Source: a virus
Taxonomy: Duplodnaviria; Caudoviricetes
IMG/VR virus record: IMGVR_UViG_3300034053_000039
Coordinates: 1 to 36,935 of that record
Strand: one strand, 5' to 3'
Length of the DNA: 36,935 nucleotides
Shown here: piece after piece, positions 25,170 through 35,270 of the stretch
Layout of the letters: each line of letters begins with the position of its first letter
Numbering within the stretch: position 1 is the first letter of the stretch
Notes under the pieces: model-generated
Database searches by the model: none
The model's input: only the letters and a program-made list of their open reading frames with translations
Told to the model about the DNA's origin: nothing
Translations under genes and position numbers: made by a program

Positions 25170-26150
25170 TCAACGCGGCATCGCTCGGCGCCATGCGTCG
25201 GCCGCCGAGGCGGCGCCGGCCGGGCTTGCGCTGGGGGGGGCGAGCTTGCCGCTGCTCGTGCACACCAGCCCGACGGCGCGCATCCCGAACCAGACCACCA
25301 CGCCGGTGCCCGCCTCGACGCGGGGCCCGCCGTAGCCGCTGATCCTGCCGTTGAGCACCACCGTCTGCGGCCCGCACCCGGACAGCGGCGGGCGGCTTGC
25401 AGCGGCGGGCAGCGCCGGCACGGGGGGCGCCAGCGCCAGCGCGGGCCGCCAGTCGCCATCGACGCAGGCCACCGGCCAGCGCCGGCCGTCGGCTGCCACA
25501 GCGTCGACGCGCCCGCCCGCTGGCACGCCAGCACCGGCAGGCCGGCCATCGTAGGTGTAGCTCACGCCGTCTCGATCGACCGTGATCTGCGTGTCGCAGT
25601 GCGTGGCGGGCTGGCAGGTGGCCACCCGCTGCGCGCGCCGGCCGTCGTCGCACTGCTCGACCAGCAGCCCGCGCATGCCCCCCTCGGTCTGGCGCCAGAC
25701 CCCGTAGGCGCCGTGGATCAGCACTTGGTCGAGCCGCGGGTCGTCGACGCCGCTGTAGCCTGGCCTGGCCGGTGCAGTCGTGCATGTGTAGCCGCCGGCC
25801 GTCCAGGTGCGCGGTTTGCCGTACTCGACAGGGATGCACGGCGCTGGCGCGCGCGGCGCGACGGCCGCGGGCGGGGTACAGCCGGCCTCCCAGAACCCAG
25901 ACGCATTGACGCGCTGCCCGTGCTTTCCGGCGCGGCGCTCGATCTGGCCGGCGCGGTCGCCAGAGTAGATTTCCCCGATGCCACCCTCGCCGCACGCGGT
26001 GGGGGTCACGTCGGCGCGGGTCAGGGCGGGGGTGCTCGCTGCGCTGGCGGCTGGCATGGGCTGCGCGCGGACCGGGATCAGCGTCATTGCCCACAGGATC
26101 AGCAGCACGACGGCGATCCAGATCAGGGACTGGCGGGTGTCGGGGCGCAT
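25170..26150 (-). CDS. 326-aa Cys-rich exported or membrane-anchored protein of unknown function
   Basis: AAAGGAGA SD. Hydrophobic N-terminus LIWIAVVLLILWAMTLIPVRA, Pro/Ala linkers and many Cys residues. Confidence 0.72.
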   Translation of the reverse strand: MRPDTRQSLIWIAVVLLILWAMTLIPVRAQPMPAASAASTPALTRADVTPTACGEGGIGEIYSGDRAGQIERRAGKHGQRVNASGFWEAGCTPPAAVAPRAPAPCIPVEYGKPRTWTAGGYTCTTAPARPGYSGVDDPRLDQVLIHGAYGVWRQTEGGMRGLLVEQCDDGRRAQRVATCQPATHCDTQITVDRDGVSYTYDGRPAGAGVPAGGRVDAVAADGRRWPVACVDGDWRPALALAPPVPALPAAASRPPLSGCGPQTVVLNGRISGYGGPRVEAGTGVVVWFGMRAVGLVCTSSGKLAPPSASPAGAASAADAWRRAMPR

Positions 26151-26305
26151 GGGGCATCTCCTTTCGGTTGAGAGTCGGGAACCATCTGCTTCTCCATCGC
26201 CTCGAGCATCCCGTTCGCCACCTCTGGCGTCAGCCGGTTGCCCAGGTTGCGCTCCAGCATCTGGCCGAGCAACTGGATGGCGGCGGCGCGCTCCTGGCCT
26301 GTCAT
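26123..26305 (-). CDS. 60-aa hypothetical protein
   Basis: ATGA overlap with the upstream stop. Helical LERNLGNRLTPEVANGML with good codon bias. Confidence 0.68.
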   Translation of the reverse strand: MTGQERAAAIQLLGQMLERNLGNRLTPEVANGMLEAMEKQMVPDSQPKGDAPCAPTPASP

Positions 26306-26640
26306 GGCGTCAGCGGCAGTTGAAACTGATCGGCGTCGCGCGCCGCAGCCACTTGCCGGTACAGACTGAACACGATCTGGTAAAGCTGTGCGTGTGTCGC
26401 AACGCCACCGGTCGGCTCTCCGGTCGTCGGGTCCAGCAACGGGATCTCGCCGCTCGGATCGAACGGAGCGAAGATCGAGGCCACATCGCCCAGCGATTGG
26501 ACGTTGCCGTCGAGCATCACTGCGGATTCCTCCTGGAACGTGGCGCCCTTCTGCCCGACCAGCGGGTTCTGCAGCAGCACCAGGCGAGCGCGCTGCCAGC
26601 GCGTACCGGCCAGCGCCGTTTCTTTGTAGTTCACAGGCAT
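26302..26640 (-). CDS. 112-aa probable tail-fibre chaperone/associated protein
   Basis: AAGGAG SD properly spaced to the ATG at 26640 (MPVNYKET). Directly follows the tail fibre gene. Confidence 0.75.
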   Translation of the reverse strand: MPVNYKETALAGTRWQRARLVLLQNPLVGQKGATFQEESAVMLDGNVQSLGDVASIFAPFDPSGEIPLLDPTTGEPTGGVATHAQLYQIVFSLYRQVAAARDADQFQLPLTP

Positions 26641-26656
26641 AGGCATCTCTCCTTGG

Positions 26657-29600
26657 TCAGGTCCAGACTGGCACGTAATGGGTGGTGCCGTTAAGGTTGA
26701 TCGTGATCCACGAGTTGGTGGTCGCCGCTCCAGGCTTGTTGGCGGCTGCAAACGTGGCCGTCGCTGCGCCCGTGGAGGGCGTCTGGTCGATGCGCAGCGA
26801 GCTGAAGCGGCCGCCGGGCCCACTGGTCGAGTAGCCCCAGACCCCGGGCCCGGAGTTGCCGCTGCCCTCGACGGCGGCTGCGCTGCTCTGCTGCGTCACG
26901 AACAGCGCGCCGAAGATCGCGCTGTTGCCCGTGATGCGCGTGCGCCCGTTGTCCGCATCGGCCTCGAACGTCAGCAGGCCGGTCGACGTGTAGCCGCGAA
27001 TCGTGTTGGACGTGCTCTCGTTGAGAACGATGCGCGCGCCGCTGGCGGCTGTGCGCACCAGCGCGCCGGTGATCGTGCCGGCCGTGATCGTGCCCAGGTC
27101 CGCGCTCAGCGCCGACAGGCTCCCCACCCTGAAGTTGCTCAGGTACGGCTCATTCCAGACCGTCTGGCCTGTTGCCGGGTTGTAGACACCGTCGGCCTGG
27201 TACATCGCCTGCCCAGCTGCCGGGGTCTGTGTGGCGGACGTCCACGTGGTGGCCGCGTTTGGGTTGCTGACCGTCGACGCACCCGGCAAAGCATCGCCAG
27301 CCACGGTCAGCGTTGTGCCGGCGTCCCAGGTCACCGCCGTGAACGCGCTGATCGTGAACAGCGCATAGGACCGGCGGGCGTTTGCGCCCTGTGCTCCCGG
27401 GGACCCCGTGTCGCCTGTGGTCCCCACGGGCGCCTTAGTCAGTGTGAACGTCCGGTCGATCGTCTTGGTCACGCCGCCCAGCGGGTCCACGTAAGTCGCG
27501 CGGTAGGTGACGGTCGCCACCTGCACCGCGGTCGACGGGTCGATGCCGCTGCTGATCGTGTAGATACCGGACGAGTTGATCGACGCCGATGGTGCCGTCG
27601 AGAACCCGGTCGAGCTGACGTAGGCGAACGACGGGTTGCCGCCGCTAACAGTTATGTCGCCCGATGCGTTGGTGATCTTGAACGTCCCCGTCGCGCCCGT
27701 GTAGCTGCTGACCGCGCCGCCGCCGGCCGCAGCGGGCAGCGAGATGCTGTCGTTGGTCAGGTAGCCGCTGATCGGATCGCGCGACTTCCAGATCGTGATG
27801 TCGTCAGTGAACGTCTCGCCGGTCACGCTGTCGGTCACGGTGCAGCGGAATGTCACGCTGTCGGTCGTCAGCTCGCCGGCCTGCAGGGACGCAAACGCGC
27901 CCGTGCTGCTGTTGATCACCGTCAGGCCCTGCGTGCACGTCCCTGCAACGAGTGACCACACTGTGCCGGCTGCCGACGGGTCGCTGACGTTGTGCAGGTC
28001 GCGGCTCAGGATGATGCTCGCCGGGGTGTACCCCGTCCCGGCCGCGTTGCTCATGAACACCGCGCCGCCGTCGCTCTTGACCGTGATGCCCTTGCCGTTG
28101 TTGCCTGCCTTGCTCTTGGCAAAGCTTTGCGTCACCAGGTGCTCGAACGCCGCGCCGCTCAGTGTCTTGCCGGTGATGGTGTAGTCGATCTTCGCCTGGT
28201 CGGCGGTCATCCCGTAGTGGTCGCCGACTGTGATGTACAGGCCGGTGATCGCGCCACCCCCGACGCCGATGTTGGTTGGCGCCGACGTTACCGTCCACTG
28301 ACCGTTACCTGGGCTGGCGACCACCGCCTGCAACTCGGTCGTGCCCTCAAACACCCGGACCAGCGTGCCTGAGCCGGTGTATGTCACGACCCCGGCGGCC
28401 GTGGTCGCCAGTGTGTGGGCCTCGTTGCTCAGCACCACCTGCACAGTGTCGGTGCCGTCGTTGCCCCGATAGACGGTCATCGTGTCGCTCAGGGCCCCGA
28501 GCGTCGCCGTGACGCCGACTCGCCACGTAGCCCAAGCGCCGCTGTTCGTGAACTGGGCCGGCGTCAGCGTGCGGGTGTTGCCCGAACCACCCATCGCGAT
28601 AGTGCCCAGGCTCGTGCCGGCTGCGTTGTAGGCGGTGGCGACGAAGGTGGCCGTGCCGCTGACGTTCTGCAAGTTGGCCGTGAAGCTCAGGTCCGGCCCG
28701 GTCACGGCCGTGGCGGCCGCGTCGGCGCCGATGAACGCGAAGCCGGTCGCACTGAGGGTGAGGGTCTGCGCGTCGACGCCATCGGCCCCCGGCTCGCCCT
28801 CGATCTGCACCGGCGTGCTCCACGCGCCTTGCAGCACTCCAGCGGCGCTCTTCGTCCCTTTGCTGGACCACAGCGGATTGCCGTCGGCCGCTGGCGGTGC
28901 GTCGAACCACCCAGCCGGCGTATCCCCGGTCGGTGTGGCCGGCTGGGCGGCGCTGCGCTTGAAGATGAATTCGACGTAGTCGCCGCCCGAGCCGGTCTCG
29001 CCGACGATGCGGAACACCTCGCTCCATGCCCCCGCCACGCCGACTTTCCAGCGCGCGAACAGGTCGCCGGCAGCGAACGTGCTGTGCCACAGCGTCGAGC
29101 CGTCGATGCTGTACTCGACGTAGACCGGGGCCCCGCTCACGCCCTGCTTGCTCCGGGTGATCGTCTGCACGATCGGCAGGCTGAACGAGGCGCCCGTGGC
29201 GCTCTTGCCGGTCACTGTGTAAGTGATCGTCGCGACATCGGTCGCCAGGCCGGCGTGGTCTGCAACCACGGCCTTCGACCCGCTCTCGGAGATCGCGCCG
29301 ACGGCGATCGTCCCCGTCGTCACGGCCGCAGTGACTTTCCAGCCGCCGTTGGCACTGGTCCAGGCGGGGTCGTAGTTGAGTTCCGTCGTCCCCTCGTAAA
29401 CCTCGATTGTCGTCCCCGACCCGGTGTAGACGGCGCCGGTGCCATCTGCCGCTGTGGGCACGGCATGCACCTCGTTCGTCAGTCGGCTCTGGATCGCGCT
29501 AGCACCGTTGTCGCCCCGATAGACGGTCATCGTGTCCGAGAGAGCCCCGAGCGTGGCGGTGACTTTCACGGTGCGGGTGTTGGCCCGGGCGACGAAGTTG

Positions 29601-31939
29601 TCGCCGGTCAGCGTGCGAACGTTCGAGATCCCCGAGCCACTCGACAGCGCCTGCAAGTCGGCATTGGGCTTGCGGGTGTTGTAGTACGTGATGCGCCGGA
29701 TGGTTCCGTTCCAGCACGTCGTCGAGTCGCCGCCGATCTCCAGGCGGTCGACCGTGGGCAGACTGGCCGACGTGTCGACGGTGCCCAGCGTGCCATTGAT
29801 GGCGGCCGCCACGTCGTTGGCGGCGTACCCGAGCGCAAAGCGCGCGACCGCCCCAGGCGTGAGATTGAACGCCGCCGACCCGGACGCAATATCCCATTGG
29901 CTCGCACCCCCCACAAGGCCGGACACGTACAGACGGTCGACGCCGGAGATGTCGGTTGCGTGGATGTTGTACCGATTTGCGTTCCCGCCGTCACCCACGT
30001 AGATGATGCGCGGGTAAGCGCCGCTCGGGATGTTTGTCGGCCGGATGGCTTCGACAGCAAACGTGCCCTCGGTCTGGTTGTACCAACTACTGAAGTTAGC
30101 ACCGGTCAGTACGGCAGAATCGGCAGAGCGGGTGACCGCTGCGGTTGTTGTCGGAATATAGCTTGTCGGGAATGCCCCGACTTCTAGTTGTGGGCAAGCG
30201 GCGTAGAAGGTGAACCCGTCACCATTCGTGGGTACCACGCCATTTCTGAGGATGTTGTAGTCAACGAAGCTGCGAGTCGCAGCAAGGGTAACCACGGTGC
30301 TTACCCGCACCCAACGGTCAAATACAGTCTGTGCCCCTGCGGTTACAAACTCCGCATCCGCGTAGTCATTTCTTAATGTCCAGCTCGTAACCCCAGTTTG
30401 CGTTGGCACATAAATGTAGGTTGCTGCGGAATACGTGCCAGCAGTCAAGGTAAGGGAGCCTTTACGCAGAAACAGCCCCTGACTAGTACTTGCCCCTGTT
30501 ACGAACTTTGCCACACCCATCGTGCCGTCGGGTCCAGCCATACCGCTGTCGAGTGAGGCCGCGAAAAAGTTTGCCAGCGTGGCTCCTGATTGCCAATTCG
30601 CGCCAGTCCGCAAATCCCCCGAGTAAGTCAGCAGATTGGTCCGCTGCTCCTCAATCAGCAGGCCCAGAACGGCATGCGTCGATGGGTCGTGATCGATCCG
30701 CGGAGCGTTGACCGCCGCCGTCTGCATGACGCCCGCGGCGTCAAAATAGGTGGCGGTGCTGGAGCGGGCGAACGCAATGCGCGGATCAAGCGTTGCGCTC
30801 GAAAAGTCCAGGTCGAGCGCCGCCGAGGTGTCAGTCAGCGCGACGGCACCCAGGCTCGTGCCGGCAGCGTCGTAGGCCATCGCAGCCCATGAGGCGGCGC
30901 CGGTGACGTTCTGCAGCGCCGCCGTGAAGTCTATCTGGCTCGGGGCCGTCGGGGCCGTGGCGTTGGCGTCGGCGAAGACGAAGGCGAAGCCGGTCGAAGT
31001 GAGCACCAAGGTCTGGGCAGTCGATCCATCTGCCCCGTTGATGCTCTTGTTGAGCGTTAGCTTCTTGTCAATCGTGAACGCCCCGACTGTGGCGCGGAAG
31101 ATCGCCTCGGCGTAGCCCGACGTGATCTGGCCGATCGTGATCGCGCCGGCCGAGGTGATCGAGACATTGGCGCTGGCCCCGACCGTCGTACCTGCCGACT
31201 CGATGCCGGTGCTCTCGACCACCGAGAACGTCACGTCCGGCGCCGCCAGGAACACTGACCCTCGCGCCACGACCATGGTCGACGTGACCGGAAAACTGCC
31301 GGCGACCGGGGTGCCGCCAGAGTCGCACTGGACCGTCTGGTTCTCGTTGTCCAGGCCAGCAGCGATGGCGGATGCGCCCTCCTGCAGGCTGTAGATGCTC
31401 ATCAGGTCGAACACCGTCACCGCATTCGAGCCAGTGACGTTGACCCGGATGATCTTGGCCGGGCCGGGCGCGAACGAGTTGAGCGTGTAGGTGTTGGTGA
31501 TCGAGGCGCCATCGACGACCCCATCGACCAGCCACTCGTAGGTCGGGCCTGGCACGTTGGCCGTCGTGGCGGTCAGCGTCACAGATGCCGGCGTGATCGA
31601 CCCGCCGTCGGCCGGGTCGACGAAAATCTGTCCGGTCGACGTGATGACGACGATCGGGGCATCGGCGCCCGCAATCCCAGCCGCGGCCGTCAGGCCGCCG
31701 TCTGGCGAGAAACCTGCGTTCCCGCCCCCTTCGGTCTCGCCGCTGAACTCCAGCAGTCCGCGCGCCACCAGGGCGCCATTGGTCACGAACTTGGTCAGCA
31801 CGGACCCGGCCGCGATCGGCTCGCGCGCGCGCAACCACTGCTGCATGCGGATCAGGTGCAGCCGGATCTCATCGAGGTCGGCGTAGGGCGAGAGCGGCGG
31901 AAGGTCGACTACCTGCTCGCTGCCGTCGGCGATGCTCAT
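26657..31939 (-). CDS. 1760-aa tail fibre / host-specificity protein with Ig-like repeats and a lectin-like insertion
   Basis: ATGA overlap at 31936-31939 (MSIADGSEQ). T/S/G/A-rich beta repeats separated by GxxGxxG linkers, LSALSADLGTITAG motif and C-terminal WITINLNGTTHYVPVW. Confidence 0.88.
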   Translation of the reverse strand: MSIADGSEQVVDLPPLSPYADLDEIRLHLIRMQQWLRAREPIAAGSVLTKFVTNGALVARGLLEFSGETEGGGNAGFSPDGGLTAAAGIAGADAPIVVITSTGQIFVDPADGGSITPASVTLTATTANVPGPTYEWLVDGVVDGASITNTYTLNSFAPGPAKIIRVNVTGSNAVTVFDLMSIYSLQEGASAIAAGLDNENQTVQCDSGGTPVAGSFPVTSTMVVARGSVFLAAPDVTFSVVESTGIESAGTTVGASANVSITSAGAITIGQITSGYAEAIFRATVGAFTIDKKLTLNKSINGADGSTAQTLVLTSTGFAFVFADANATAPTAPSQIDFTAALQNVTGAASWAAMAYDAAGTSLGAVALTDTSAALDLDFSSATLDPRIAFARSSTATYFDAAGVMQTAAVNAPRIDHDPSTHAVLGLLIEEQRTNLLTYSGDLRTGANWQSGATLANFFAASLDSGMAGPDGTMGVAKFVTGASTSQGLFLRKGSLTLTAGTYSAATYIYVPTQTGVTSWTLRNDYADAEFVTAGAQTVFDRWVRVSTVVTLAATRSFVDYNILRNGVVPTNGDGFTFYAACPQLEVGAFPTSYIPTTTAAVTRSADSAVLTGANFSSWYNQTEGTFAVEAIRPTNIPSGAYPRIIYVGDGGNANRYNIHATDISGVDRLYVSGLVGGASQWDIASGSAAFNLTPGAVARFALGYAANDVAAAINGTLGTVDTSASLPTVDRLEIGGDSTTCWNGTIRRITYYNTRKPNADLQALSSGSGISNVRTLTGDNFVARANTRTVKVTATLGALSDTMTVYRGDNGASAIQSRLTNEVHAVPTAADGTGAVYTGSGTTIEVYEGTTELNYDPAWTSANGGWKVTAAVTTGTIAVGAISESGSKAVVADHAGLATDVATITYTVTGKSATGASFSLPIVQTITRSKQGVSGAPVYVEYSIDGSTLWHSTFAAGDLFARWKVGVAGAWSEVFRIVGETGSGGDYVEFIFKRSAAQPATPTGDTPAGWFDAPPAADGNPLWSSKGTKSAAGVLQGAWSTPVQIEGEPGADGVDAQTLTLSATGFAFIGADAAATAVTGPDLSFTANLQNVSGTATFVATAYNAAGTSLGTIAMGGSGNTRTLTPAQFTNSGAWATWRVGVTATLGALSDTMTVYRGNDGTDTVQVVLSNEAHTLATTAAGVVTYTGSGTLVRVFEGTTELQAVVASPGNGQWTVTSAPTNIGVGGGAITGLYITVGDHYGMTADQAKIDYTITGKTLSGAAFEHLVTQSFAKSKAGNNGKGITVKSDGGAVFMSNAAGTGYTPASIILSRDLHNVSDPSAAGTVWSLVAGTCTQGLTVINSSTGAFASLQAGELTTDSVTFRCTVTDSVTGETFTDDITIWKSRDPISGYLTNDSISLPAAAGGGAVSSYTGATGTFKITNASGDITVSGGNPSFAYVSSTGFSTAPSASINSSGIYTISSGIDPSTAVQVATVTYRATYVDPLGGVTKTIDRTFTLTKAPVGTTGDTGSPGAQGANARRSYALFTISAFTAVTWDAGTTLTVAGDALPGASTVSNPNAATTWTSATQTPAAGQAMYQADGVYNPATGQTVWNEPYLSNFRVGSLSALSADLGTITAGTITGALVRTAASGARIVLNESTSNTIRGYTSTGLLTFEADADNGRTRITGNSAIFGALFVTQQSSAAAVEGSGNSGPGVWGYSTSGPGGRFSSLRIDQTPSTGAATATFAAANKPGAATTNSWITINLNGTTHYVPVWT
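28463..29536. repeat. 24-nt exact direct repeat marking duplicated fibre modules
   Basis: gccccgatagacggtcatcgtgtc occurs at 28463-28486 and 29513-29536. Both lie within the coding for TATLGALSDTMTVYRG. Confidence 0.85.
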
Positions 31940-33558
31940 GGCAGATCCCCCAATTCTTCGCCGATGAAAACGCCTTCGACCGGGCCAGCGCCCTGAATCT
32001 GGTACTGCCACTCTTCGGCCATGTAGCCGCCTGGCAACCGGAAAGGATCGTCGTTCGTGATCGTGTAGGGCCCGGCGCGCAACGCGCCATCACCCCATAG
32101 GTTGAACGTCACCGGGTAGGTCGTGGCGATGATCCGGGCCGCGCCAGGGTTCGTCTCGCGCAGCGTGCGCTTCACGCGCGACTTGAAGGTGGCGCTGACC
32201 TGCGAGCCTGCGTCCCACTTCTTGATCGTGTTGCCGCTGTCCAGCAGGTACAGCGTCTCCGACACGGCATCGCTGAAGACCGCATAGGCGCCCTGCGTCA
32301 GCCAGATCAAGCCATCGGGCTTGCGCGTGTTGACCATGAAGGACTTGCGCGTGCCGTCGTTGTAGAAGCCGATGTACCAGTCGCCCCAGGCCGCACCGAT
32401 GATGGTGTCCGGCAGCAGCGCCCGCCATTGAGCCTTGGTCAGCAGCGACTGCGTCATCACGTAGGTGCCGAGCCGGCCGTGGTAGCACAGGCCGTCGTTG
32501 CTGGCCCAGCACACCCCATGCCCCACACCGACGACCGAGCGCTTGGCCACGCAGCCCTGGCGCAGAGGAATCGGCGAGTCGGTCATGGCCAGCGGGGTCG
32601 TGCCGAACGCCACCCGCGGCGTGCCGGTGGTGGCCAGCAGCCAGGACTGTTCCCACTTGGCCGAGCCGACGATGCGGTCGGGAACCTGGCGCTTGAACTG
32701 CACCGGCCAAGCGTGCGGGCTGTAGGGCACGCAGGTCATGTAGGCCTTGTCCACGAACGCGCCGTGCATGCCTGACCACAGCTCGATGAGGCCGCGCATG
32801 TTGGAAGGTGGCTCCAGCCAGTCTGGCTTTGTCGTCGAGCCGCCGGTCTGAAGAATCGCCCCGCGCGTGCCGGTGTCGCTGGCCGTGGTGGTGCCAACGG
32901 CTTGCTCGGCCACGAGCCTGTAGTCGCCGCCGGTGCTGACATAGATCCGGCGCCTGGTCACGCCAGCCGTGCCCGTGCCAGAGCCTGGGCCGGCCGGCAA
33001 TCCCGTGAGGCTGATGGTCGATCCGCCGGGGCAGCTGATGCTCACCGGCGTCGTGCACGGCGGTCCCTCGTCGTCGTTGTAGCGCACGAACGTTTGGGTG
33101 TAGGTCCGGGTCTCCGTAGCGCCGGATCCGGCCACGCCGACCGCGGCAGCAGTACCGGCCGCTGGCGCCGGGATGCCCAGCACCCAGCCGACCGTGCCGT
33201 AGGGCGGCGTCGTGATCAGCGTGTTGTCGGTGTAGACCGGCACCGTGAAGTCGCCGCCGGTGCCGTAGGTGCGCTCTGTCGGGTCGCTGGCCAGAAGCGA
33301 TCGCGCAAAGTCCACGTCCGCGGCGTAGGCCAGCCAATACTGGGTGTCGCTGGCTGTCTCGCGGCCCATGCGGTAGACCGCCGCCTGCTGCGCGCCATAG
33401 CCGGTCAGCGTGTGTGCGGTAGCGGCCGCGCGCCGGCCGCGGAAGTCACCCTGCGTCGTGTCCAGGTCGGCTGCGTTGACACCGATGCCGTCGGCGAGCT
33501 TCTTCGGGTTCGTCGACAGGTTGCTCGACAGGAACAGCTCGTCGGCGAAGATCAGCAT
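31936..33558 (-). CDS. 540-aa tail tube/nozzle (packaged-DNA stabilisation-like) protein
   Basis: Likely start MLIFADELF. Beta-propeller-like composition with PYSPHAWP, GCVAKRSVV, WASNDGL and PFRLPGGY motifs. Position after the adaptor genes fits. Confidence 0.78.
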   Translation of the reverse strand: MLIFADELFLSSNLSTNPKKLADGIGVNAADLDTTQGDFRGRRAAATAHTLTGYGAQQAAVYRMGRETASDTQYWLAYAADVDFARSLLASDPTERTYGTGGDFTVPVYTDNTLITTPPYGTVGWVLGIPAPAAGTAAAVGVAGSGATETRTYTQTFVRYNDDEGPPCTTPVSISCPGGSTISLTGLPAGPGSGTGTAGVTRRRIYVSTGGDYRLVAEQAVGTTTASDTGTRGAILQTGGSTTKPDWLEPPSNMRGLIELWSGMHGAFVDKAYMTCVPYSPHAWPVQFKRQVPDRIVGSAKWEQSWLLATTGTPRVAFGTTPLAMTDSPIPLRQGCVAKRSVVGVGHGVCWASNDGLCYHGRLGTYVMTQSLLTKAQWRALLPDTIIGAAWGDWYIGFYNDGTRKSFMVNTRKPDGLIWLTQGAYAVFSDAVSETLYLLDSGNTIKKWDAGSQVSATFKSRVKRTLRETNPGAARIIATTYPVTFNLWGDGALRAGPYTITNDDPFRLPGGYMAEEWQYQIQGAGPVEGVFIGEELGDLP

Positions 33559-34190
33559 GGGGACACCACGACCTTGAGCCTGCCTCCGGTTCGACCGCCG
33601 CGCAGCGCCGCGTCCGACACGCCAGCCATGAACTGCTTGTCCAGTTCGGCCGCCATTGCAGGGCTCGTCCACGGCTTGTCAGCCATGCGCATCAACAACG
33701 CAGCCGCGCCTGCGCCGATGGCCTCGCGCCAGGCGTCGAAGGCCTCGAACGGGATACCGACAGCCGAGCTCGACGGCTTGTAGGACACGCGCGCCTTGAC
33801 GATCTGCCCAGCTGTCACCGGCGCCGGCACCAGGAATGCGACGTTGGTCGGCCGCACGCCCACGGCGAAGGTGTCATCGGTCGTCGTGCTGTCGTCAGCG
33901 GCCAGGTCCGACACGTTGGCCAGGTCGATCTCGACGCCAGCGACCCACGCGGCATGCACGCGGTTCAGTTCCGCGTTGCTCGGCGGCGAGTAGGCGTACT
34001 CCTGTTGCGCCGCGACGGTGGTCAGAAGCGTGATCACCTGCGAGCGCCACACGCACGATCGGCGGAAGAACTCGCGCGCCGCGACGATGAGCTGGTCCTC
34101 GACCAGGAAGGTCGGAACCTGCGTCACGTGCATCGTGACCCACGGAGCCAGCTCGGCCCAGGTCTTGAACGAGGCGGGGCTGATGATCAT
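33552..34190 (-). CDS. 212-aa head-tail adaptor-like protein
   Basis: AAREFFRRSCVWR and AIGAGAAALLMRMADKPWTSP motifs, plus synteny with podoviral connector genes. Confidence 0.72.
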   Translation of the reverse strand: MIISPASFKTWAELAPWVTMHVTQVPTFLVEDQLIVAAREFFRRSCVWRSQVITLLTTVAAQQEYAYSPPSNAELNRVHAAWVAGVEIDLANVSDLAADDSTTTDDTFAVGVRPTNVAFLVPAPVTAGQIVKARVSYKPSSSAVGIPFEAFDAWREAIGAGAAALLMRMADKPWTSPAMAAELDKQFMAGVSDAALRGGRTGGRLKVVVSPC

Positions 34191-34196
34191 GGTGCG

Positions 34197-34856
34197 TCAG
34201 CCTCCTGCCGCCTTGGCCTGCCCGGACTGGTCGTTGGTGACGATCGAGCGCTCTCGGATGCCCAGCGCCGACTGGAACAGCTCGTAGTACATGGCTGCGC
34301 GCTGCGGGCTGGCCGTGTATTTGGTGTCCTTGCTGTAGAAACTGAACAGCACGAACCACTGGATGGCGTTGGCGTAGACATCGTCCAGCGTGATCGTGTT
34401 GGCCAGCGCGGCCAAGTCGGTCGGGTTGGCCGCGTAGACCACCTCGATCGACGTGTTTGCCGTCTGCTTCCACAGGTAAAACGCCTTGGGATCGCGCTCG
34501 TCCTGCGTCCAGTGGTACGGCGTGCCAGCCTCTGCGTGCCACCCTGGCCGGTTGTCGTCAAACCAGGCGCGCGAGCGCAGCGTGACCGGACCGCCGCCGA
34601 CCACGCGCACCACGTCGAGCACCTCGAGGCCGTCAGTCAGGCCAAGGCCGGCCAGCGTCTGGCGCGAGCCGGACGCGGTCGAGCCGGTGCCCGACTTGGC
34701 GTTGGACTTGGGCAGCACGTTGACGATTTCGCGCTGCGCGTCGTTGACCCACAACAGGCCCTCGGTCGACGGCCAGCGCACGCCACCACCGGCGCCTGAG
34801 TCGTGGCTCTTGATCCACGCGCGATCAATGATCTGCTGGCCGGTGATGGAGCCCAT
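34197..34856 (-). CDS. 219-aa phage adaptor protein (DUF6682-like)
   Basis: VRWPSTEGLLWVNDAQREIV...DERDPKAFYLW...YSKD...RAAMYYELF. GGAGG upstream. Confidence 0.75.
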   Translation of the reverse strand: MGSITGQQIIDRAWIKSHDSGAGGGVRWPSTEGLLWVNDAQREIVNVLPKSNAKSGTGSTASGSRQTLAGLGLTDGLEVLDVVRVVGGGPVTLRSRAWFDDNRPGWHAEAGTPYHWTQDERDPKAFYLWKQTANTSIEVVYAANPTDLAALANTITLDDVYANAIQWFVLFSFYSKDTKYTASPQRAAMYYELFQSALGIRERSIVTNDQSGQAKAAGG

Positions 34857-34859
34857 GAA

Positions 34860-35258
34860 TCAGCCCTCCTGCTTGGCGGCAGCGGCGTCGATGGCCGCCA
34901 TGACGGCGCCACGCAGGGCGTCGCCTTTCTTGCGCAGGTCCACGTCGAGCTTGTGCTCGGCGGCGAAGGCCTTGACGGCCTTGTCGTCCATCTCGGCCAG
35001 GTCGATGACCGTGTCGTCAGGGCCTGCGAGCTTGAAGTCGGGCTTCGAGTCCAGGCCCTGCTGCTCCTTCTCCGGATCCTTCTCCGGCTCCGGCGCGTGG
35101 TCGACGGCAGGCAGCGCCCACACGTCGGGGTGGCGCAGCATCTTGGCCGCTGCGGCATCAGGAACGTCCTGCACGTCGCCGTGCCCGTCCCACACCAGGC
35201 CGGTGTCGGCCACGTTGTCGACCTTGCGCGGCTTGTTTCCGATGTACTGCACTTGCAT
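34860..35258 (-). CDS. 132-aa hypothetical with a short C-terminal helical (HeH/Rho-N-like) module
   Basis: GGAG SD before MQVQYIGNK. C-terminal MDDKAVKAFAAEHKLDVDLRKKGDALR. Confidence 0.75.
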   Translation of the reverse strand: MQVQYIGNKPRKVDNVADTGLVWDGHGDVQDVPDAAAAKMLRHPDVWALPAVDHAPEPEKDPEKEQQGLDSKPDFKLAGPDDTVIDLAEMDDKAVKAFAAEHKLDVDLRKKGDALRGAVMAAIDAAAAKQEG

Positions 35259-35270
35259 TGCATGCTCCAG

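Noticed and set aside
26657-31939. Diversity-generating retroelement or invertible segment acting on the tail fibre
   Set aside because: No reverse transcriptase, invertase or adenine-specific TR/VR pair is visible in the window. The repeats reflect module duplication.
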